Positions 57,999 to 64,000 of a stretch of 64,000 nucleotides of DNA are shown here, piece by piece. Each line of letters opens with the position of its first letter. The stretch's first letter is position 1. The notes under the pieces are model-generated. The model worked only from the letters and a program-made list of their open reading frames with translations. It had not been told where the DNA came from and did not search any database. A program made the translations under genes and the position numbers. Source of the stretch: Candidatus Eiseniibacteriota bacterium (GTDB lineage Bacteria; Eisenbacteria; RBG-16-71-46; JABDJR01). The DNA lies in the NCBI GenBank assembly GCA_963783375.1, contig CAWANH010000029.1:1440001-1504000 (forward strand), in the 5' to 3' direction.

Positions 57999-59363
57999 AT
58001 GAAAACGCCCATTCGGTTCATCAGCACGCGGGGCGGCTCGCCTCCGGTCGGCTTCACCGAGGCCATGATCCAGGGGCTCGCTCCCGACGGCGGGCTCTAC
58101 GTCCCCGAGCGGTTCCCCGCGTTCGATCCGGAAGAGTTCGGCGACGCTTCCGCTCTCCCGGAGCTGGCGGCCCGGGTGCTCGCACCGTTCTTCGAGGGGG
58201 ATCCCCTGGCCGGGTCGCTGGAGGCGATCTCCCGCGAGGCCTTCGATTTTCCGGTGCCGCTGGTGTTTCCCGCGGACCTCGGGGGTTCGACGCCGGAGGA
58301 ACCGTCCGCCGAGGGGCGGTTCTGGGGGACGGCGCTCCACGGCCCGCTCCGCGACACCGCGATCCTGGAGCTTTTCCACGGTCCCACCGCTGCGTTCAAG
58401 GATGTGGGGGCCCGATTCATGGCCGCGTGCCTTTCCCGGGTGGAGGATGTCCATTCCACGGGTCCGAGGACGGTTCTGGTCGCTACCTCGGGGGACACCG
58501 GCGGGGCGGTGGCCGCAGCATTCCACGGCCGGCCCGGGATCGAGGTGGGGATCCTCTATCCGAAGGGCGGGGTCTCGGGGCGGCAGGAAAAGCAGCTCAC
58601 CGCCTGGGGCGGAAACGTCCGCGCCTTCGCGGTGACCGGAACCTTCGACGATTGCCAGCGCGTGCTGAAGGAGGCGTTCGCCAACCCGGGGTGGCGGCGG
58701 GTCCGCCGCCTCACCACCGCCAACAGCATCAACCTCGCCCGTCTGCTCCCCCAGGCCGTCTACCACGCCTTCGCGTCGCTGGAGTACCGGCGCGCGCGGG
58801 GGGCGGCGCCCGGGCTCATCGTCCCCAGCGGCAACGTCGGAAACGTCACCGCCGCTTTCTGGGCCCGGGAGATGGGGTTTCCGGTGGGGCGGCTGGTCCT
58901 GGCCGCCAACGCCAACCGCACGCTGCCGGACTATTTCCGTTCCGGCCGGTGGGAACCCCGGAGTTCGGTGGCCACCCTGGCCAACGCCATGGACGTGGGA
59001 GCCCCGAGCAACATGGAGCGGGTGTTCCGGCTCTTCCCGGACGCCGCCCGCCTGCGCGGGGTGGCGGACGCGGTTTCGGTGGACGATCCGACCATCCGGC
59101 GCACGATCGCCGAGGGACCCTCCCGGTGGGGCCGGATCTGGGACCCGCACACCGCCACCGCGGTCTTTGCGCGGGAGCAGTTGGCTTCGGGAGATTGGGT
59201 GATCGTATCCACCGCCCACCCGGCCAAGTTCGAGACCGTCGTGGAGCCGTTGGCCGGGCGCCCGGTGCCGGTCCCGCCGGATCTGGCCGCGATCCTCGCC
59301 CGGCCGTCGCGATGCACGGAGGTGGAGCCGGACCTGTCTGCGTTTGTTCGGGCCTGGGGGTGA
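57999..59363 (+). CDS. thrC: Threonine synthase
   Basis: GLAPDGGLYVP, ELFHGPTAAFKD, ATSGDTG, ANSIN, VPSGN, TAHPAKF. Confidence 0.95.
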   Translation: MKTPIRFISTRGGSPPVGFTEAMIQGLAPDGGLYVPERFPAFDPEEFGDASALPELAARVLAPFFEGDPLAGSLEAISREAFDFPVPLVFPADLGGSTPEEPSAEGRFWGTALHGPLRDTAILELFHGPTAAFKDVGARFMAACLSRVEDVHSTGPRTVLVATSGDTGGAVAAAFHGRPGIEVGILYPKGGVSGRQEKQLTAWGGNVRAFAVTGTFDDCQRVLKEAFANPGWRRVRRLTTANSINLARLLPQAVYHAFASLEYRRARGAAPGLIVPSGNVGNVTAAFWAREMGFPVGRLVLAANANRTLPDYFRSGRWEPRSSVATLANAMDVGAPSNMERVFRLFPDAARLRGVADAVSVDDPTIRRTIAEGPSRWGRIWDPHTATAVFAREQLASGDWVIVSTAHPAKFETVVEPLAGRPVPVPPDLAAILARPSRCTEVEPDLSAFVRAWG

Positions 59364-59459
59364 GCCCCGGTCGGGCCGCGGCAGGGACGACGAGCGCGAC
59401 CGTTCACCCGTGGAAACCCGGGACGGCAACCCGGCCGGCGGAGCGGACCGCGGCGCTGC

Positions 59460-60383
59460 TCACTCCTCCCCCGGCAGGTCCGCCAGCAGACGGTCCAGCT
59501 TCTCCCGCGGCCGGGAGAGCGCCCGGGCGTGGCGCATCATCCCCTTCCAGGGATCCTCGCGCTGGCCGAGCCGCCGCAGGACGTTCCCCAAGGTGTACCG
59601 CCGAGCGGTCAGACTGGAATCCCCCAGCTCGTCCCAGTCCAGGGGGGCGGCCACCGCGGCCTCGGGGAGGGCACGCACCGCATAGGGGGCGACCGCGGTC
59701 TGCGCGTACACATTCCGCGCGGTGTCCAGGAACAGCCGCCCCCTGCGCTTCTCCCTCCGCACTTGGGTAGTGAGGCGATCGGGGTGGCGCGAGGCCAGCA
59801 CCCGGGCCGCGTCCTGGGCGAAGCCACGCACCGCGTCGAAGTCCGCGCTCCGGTCGAGGGGGGCCAGGACGTGGAGCCCGCGGGAGCCTGTTGTCTTCAC
59901 GAACACGGCCAGCCCCAGGTCCTCGAGCAGCGCCCGCACGTCCCGCGCCGCGTCCTTCACCGCGGCGAACCCGTCTCCCGGAGGGTCCAGGTCGAAGATG
60001 AGCTGGTCGGGATGACGAAGCTTGTCCTTCCGGCTCAACCAGACATGCGGCGTGATGCATCCCTGGTTCGCGACGTATACCAGCGCCGCCGCCTTCTCCA
60101 CCAGCACGTGGTGAACGGTCCCACCTTCCTTTGTCACCGTCACCCGCTCGATCCAGTCGGGAAAGTAGTCCGGGGCCTCCTTGTGATAGAAGCTCTCGCC
60201 GTCGATTCCGTCGGGAAACCGGTGCATGGTGACCGGGCGGCCGGCCAGGTACGGCAACATGACCTCCGCAACGTTCGCGTAGTACGCGAGCAGATCTCCC
60301 TTGGTGATCCCTTCACCGGGGAAGTAGACCTTGTCCTCGTGAGAGGTCTCCACCTCCAGGGATCCGAAGGTTCGTTTGCTCAT
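59460..60383 (-). CDS. ligD: LigD polymerase (primase-polymerase) domain, stand-alone
   Basis: TKGDLLAYY, RFPDGI, FDLDP, KTTGSRGLH, VAPYAVRA. Confidence 0.9.
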   Translation of the reverse strand: MSKRTFGSLEVETSHEDKVYFPGEGITKGDLLAYYANVAEVMLPYLAGRPVTMHRFPDGIDGESFYHKEAPDYFPDWIERVTVTKEGGTVHHVLVEKAAALVYVANQGCITPHVWLSRKDKLRHPDQLIFDLDPPGDGFAAVKDAARDVRALLEDLGLAVFVKTTGSRGLHVLAPLDRSADFDAVRGFAQDAARVLASRHPDRLTTQVRREKRRGRLFLDTARNVYAQTAVAPYAVRALPEAAVAAPLDWDELGDSSLTARRYTLGNVLRRLGQREDPWKGMMRHARALSRPREKLDRLLADLPGEE

Positions 60384-60474
60384 GGTCGTCCTCGGCTCCG
60401 GTTCGGCCGGCCCAAGCGCCGCCGCCGGATCCGGTGGCCCCGGAGCCGCGCCGCGATCCGGCCGGGCCGGGGTT

Positions 60475-61481
60475 TCACTCCGCGGCCTTCTCCCGCACCA
60501 CGTCGCCGGGCTGCTTGTCCCGGCGCAGCCCCAGAAAGCGCGGGTGCCGGAGCTTCCCCTCCTCCGTCCATTCGGTGAACCCCACCTCCCCCACCAGTTC
60601 CGGGGTCACCCAGTGGACCCCCTTCCGGGGGAGGTCCTCCGCGTCGAACGGCGGGGTCTTCCGTTCCAGCCGTTCCAGGCGGGCATGAAGCCGCTCCAGG
60701 GTCTCCTCGTCGTAGCCGGTTCCGACCTTGCCCGCGAAGCGGAGCCTCCCGTCCTCGTGGTAGCCGATCAGGAGCGCCCCGAAACCGATCCGCGAGCCCT
60801 GGGGCTCGGTGTAGCCGCCGATCACGAACTCCTGCCGGTTCACGCACTTGAACTTGAGCCAGTCCTTGGAGCGTCCCGCGCGATAGGGGCCCGAGGCCCG
60901 CTTGACGATGAGGCCCTCCCAGCCATTTTCGCAGGCCTCCTCGTAATAGGCTTCCCCACCGTTTCGCCGGTGGGCGGTGTAGCGGATCCGGTTGTCGAAG
61001 TCCAGCGCCCGCTCGAGGAGGCTCTTCCGGTCGGTGAGGGCGAGCCCGGTGAGATCGTGGCCGTCGAGGTAGAGGAGGTCGAAGAGGTAGTAGTAGACGG
61101 CGATCCGGCTCGCCTCCGCCTCCTTCCGGTCCTTGATCTGCATCCGGCCCTGGAGTCGCTCGAAGCTCGTACGGGCGCCGTCGAAGGCCACCACCTCGCC
61201 GTCGGCCACGAACCGCGCCGGGCGCGCGTCACCGAAGGCCATTTCCAGCTCCGGGTAGGTGTTGTTGAGCGCCTTCCGGCCCCGGGAAAGGAGCCGCACG
61301 GAGCCCCTCTCCGGAATACGAGGCACCGCTCGCCGTCGAGCTTCCGTTCATAGAGCCATCCGGGGTCCGAGAACCGGTCGTGGGTCAGGGTGGCCAGCGT
61401 CGGCGGGATCCAGGACGGAAACGACGTCTTCTCCAACTCCTCGCGCGCGCCAACCGAGAGAGAATCCAGTAGTCCGCTCAT
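60475..61481 (-). CDS. LigD-type ATP-dependent DNA ligase domain, frameshifted at 61304-61307
   Basis: WLYERKLDGER (adenylation motif) in one frame; DGEVV, FDLL, EGLIVK, WLKFK, GKVGTG, LRHPRF in the other. Confidence 0.88.
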
Positions 61482-61502
61482 CGTGGCCGCCGGCTTCGCG
61501 GC

Positions 61503-62099
61503 TCATTCCCCTTCCTCCTCCGCCACGTCCTCGATGGTGCGTTTGGTGATCACCGATTCGGGCTCACTGCTGACCGGGTTCGGCGCGCGTCGGCCCCCTC
61601 GTCGTCCATCTTCACCAGGAGCCAGCGCGACTCCTTCCCCTGCCCGGTGCGGATGAGGGCGTAGCCCCTTCGAGCTTCTTACCGTGGAGCCGCACCGCGA
61701 GGTGGCCATCCCGGTAGGCTGTCTCCATCGGCACCTCGTTCCGTCCTCGTCCTCCTTCAGGTTGTCGTAGGAGCCGGCGTCCCAGACGAGGACCGCACCG
61801 CCGCCGTACTGGTCCTCGGGGATCACTCCCTCGAAGTCGGCGTAGTCCAGGGGATGGTCCTCGGTGGGCACGGCCAACCGCTTCACCCGGGGATCGGTGG
61901 AGGGGCCCTTGGGGACCGCCCAGGACTTGAGCACGCCGCCGATCTCCACGCGGAAGTCGTAGTGCCGGCTCGAGGCGTCGTGCTTCTGGATGACGAAGAT
62001 CGGGCGCTTGCCGGGTCTCTTCTTCCCGCCGCGAGGCTCTCCGGTCTTCCGGAAATCCCGCTTGTCCCGGTAGGTGTTGAAGGAACTCGATTTGCTCAT
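61503..62099 (-). CDS. LigD 3'-phosphoesterase domain, stand-alone, with three compensating 1-nt deletions
   Basis: [46 protein letters not shown]; the expected LHGKKLEG and GYALIRT..WLLVKM segments lie in the other two frames (shifts near 61741, 61665, 61581). Confidence 0.88.
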   Translation of the reverse strand: MSKSSSFNTYRDKRDFRKTGEPRGGKKRPGKRPIFVIQKHDASSRHYDFRVEIGGVLKSWAVPKGPSTDPRVKRLAVPTEDHPLDYADFEGVIPEDQYGGGAVLVWDAGSYDNLKEDEDGTRCRWRQPTGMATSRCGSTVRSSKGLRPHPHRAGEGVALAPGEDGRRGGRRAPNPVSSEPESVITKRTIEDVAEEEGE

Positions 62100-62549
62100 G
62101 ACGACCGCTCCACGGAGAAGACCCCAGCCGATTGCATCCAATCGCGGGCTCCGCCCGCACTCCCAGAGTAGCGCTCCCGGCCGGAACGACAAACGGCGGG
62201 CAATTTGGACACTTCGTGGCTTCTCCTTGTCCCCTTCCTCCGTTGTGGAAATTGCGGGGGAATGCTGGTCCTCGGAATGCCAGGACTGCGTACGAGGAGT
62301 CGGCAGATCTGATACGACGCGCTGGGGCTGATGCGCAGGCAGGTTTCCAGGGGACATCAGGCTGCCATTGAGGACTGACGTCGACAATCCTCTCGGCGAG
62401 TGGATCAGGTGAGCGAAGCCTGTCTCATGAGTTGTTACATACTGGAAATTTACTCGTGGGAAGTCGGTCCCGGTCCGGAGTCGGCCGCAACCACGAGAAA
62501 GGGCGGCCACCCTGCGGTGACCGCCCCGATACCGGAACCGAGTCCAGTG

Positions 62550-63133
62550 CTAACGATATTGCGTCTTGATGCTTCCCCAGGTCGTCTTCTCGACGGGAAC
62601 CGGACTGAACGCCCGAACCAACCAGGTCCCGAACAGCGATGCTGCCGCGTCGTCTCCGGCGTTACCGCCAAGGCCCGCGAACCCGGAAGGGTTCTCGGGT
62701 ATGATCTGGAAGGAGTAGAGATCGTGAAACCCCGCGGACTGGGAGGATGCAAACCTGCCATAGTTGTCGTCGCTGCCGGCTCCGCAGTCCGAGGTGCACC
62801 CGAGGAGGGACATCAGGATCTGCACCGGGGCGTAGTTGCTGGTCAGGTTTCCGGGAGTCATTCCCCCGTTCGTCGCCAGCGCATCCAGCTCCTGCCCGGT
62901 CGCCACCCGGAAGCCCTCGAACTGACCGCCGGTTCCCAGTTCACTGACCACGAAATCGAAGGTGAGCCCGGCGGTCTCGGTGATATCGAGCCACTCGAGT
63001 CCGGAGCCCGAATCCTGGGTCAGAAGGCTGTCGCCCACGGCTTGCCAGTCGGCGGACTAATCGCGGCCGTGGCGGGACTGACCGGCAGGCTGGCGAGGGT
63101 GAGGAGAAGCAGGGCTAGGTAGAAACGTCTCAT
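62550..63133 (-). CDS. Secreted protein with C-terminal PVEKTTWGSIKTQYR motif, frameshifted near 63057
   Basis: Signal peptide MRRFYLALLLLTLASLPVSPATA; ADWQAVGDSLLTQDSGSGLEWLD domain; terminal motif. Confidence 0.65.
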
Positions 63134-63406
63134 GGTGTTGGGGAATCCTTTTGGGTGCAGGTTGAGTCTCCGGGCGAGGTGATTGGGCTGGTGTCGCTGG
63201 CGCCCGGACCAAGCGACAGAATTTGTACTTTATCACACCTTGGTCGAGTCTATTAAAGCCAAATCGGGACGGCCGGACACTCCAAGAAGGGGGCCGCACC
63301 CGGGTTCTGTTGATCCCGAAAGCCCGTCCGGGCTCCCATGCCCCTCCGGTCGACCGCTTTCCGGCTCATCGGACCCGGGGCAGAGGCGCCCCCAGGCGCG
63401 GCGATG

Positions 63407-64000
63407 TCAGCGATGCTCGCGGTAGAGCCTCTTCAGCTCTCCCCGGGTGATCCGCTTTACCGGTGTGGTCTGGGCATCGTAACCCTCGCTGAACTCGATG
63501 GAGAAACATTCCCGGTAGCTGCCCGACGAACCCGGGATCGGATCGTCGACGATCTCGATGACGGGGTCGATCATCCCCGTCGTGCTCCCCGTTCTGGCCT
63601 CCCCACTGGCCATCAGGCCCGCAGAGGCGGCGGTGGACATGCTGACGAGGGTGATCGCATCCAACGGAATCTCCGTGGTCTCATCGATCGTGAACGCGTC
63701 GGAGGCCGGGTTTTTCCGTGCTGGAATTGTCGTCCACGTCCACTCTGTCGATAATGAGCACCCCCGCACCGATGACATGGAAACGGAACACGGAGTTGGC
63801 CACGGGAGAGGTGGCGCCCCGGGCCGAAGCCGAACCCGTCGCCGCTACACGGACGGGAACACCGGTCACGCCGGCGGGCGGGGACGCAGTCTCGACGATC
63901 CTGAACTGGAAATCTATAGCGACGGCGGCGGCTGGCTGGACGGAAGGACCGATCTCGGTAATGTCCCAGGCAAGCAGCAGAGTTCCCTCGGGGGGGCCCG
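63407..64000 (-). CDS. C-terminal part of a probable secreted protein ending TPVKRITRGELKRLYR; 5' end outside the window, frameshift at 63711-63715
   Basis: Two overlapping frames join at an A5 run; the terminal motif resembles that of the neighbouring gene. Confidence 0.5.

Noticed and set aside
62100-62549. Lower-GC stretch included in the 61503-62510 ORF as an N-terminal extension
   Set aside because: Atypical codon usage; homology to the phosphoesterase starts at MSKSS (62099); no identifiable gene or mobile-element ends
18-64000. Numerous long overlapping ORFs (e.g. 2832-4658 -, 29530-31908 +, 33228-35636 +, 39999-42071 -, 54344-56704 -)
   Set aside because: Antisense or alternate-frame shadows of real genes in high-GC DNA; Arg/Gly/Pro-rich with no recognisable motifs

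Overview
High-GC bacterial genomic window with about 50 genes. The main feature is a ~21 kb respiratory island (15.0-35.6 kb) encoding what looks like a complete quinol-to-outside extracellular electron transfer chain, with about 92 manually counted heme-c binding motifs. It comprises a Rieske/cytochrome b complex with an 11-heme partner, an ImcH-like 7-heme membrane quinol oxidase, a tetraheme c554-type cytochrome, and an MtrAB-like decaheme/porin/hexaheme-lipoprotein conduit. It also holds an operon with an NHL beta-propeller, a hexaheme protein matching Geobacter OmcS motif for motif, a second cytochrome, a beta-barrel, two CsgG/PelC-like lipoproteins, a DUF2155-like protein and a 42-heme cytochrome. 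C-terminal TWGxIKxxYR-type motifs near the right edge suggest a non-Geobacter host, possibly Eisenbacteria/Krumholzibacteria-like (inference). Flanking genes are mostly housekeeping or metabolic: Nfu, fadE, rnd, fahA, a Na+-pumping carboxyl-CoA decarboxylase, trxB, pntAB, an ECF sigma/CBM48 module, speA with an apparent non-canonical start, ppa-thrABC and a split LigD. About nine single-base frameshifts, mostly in short homopolymers, point to long-read consensus errors. No rRNA, tRNA, CRISPR array or mobile element was seen. All family assignments come from recognising motifs by eye; no database search was run.
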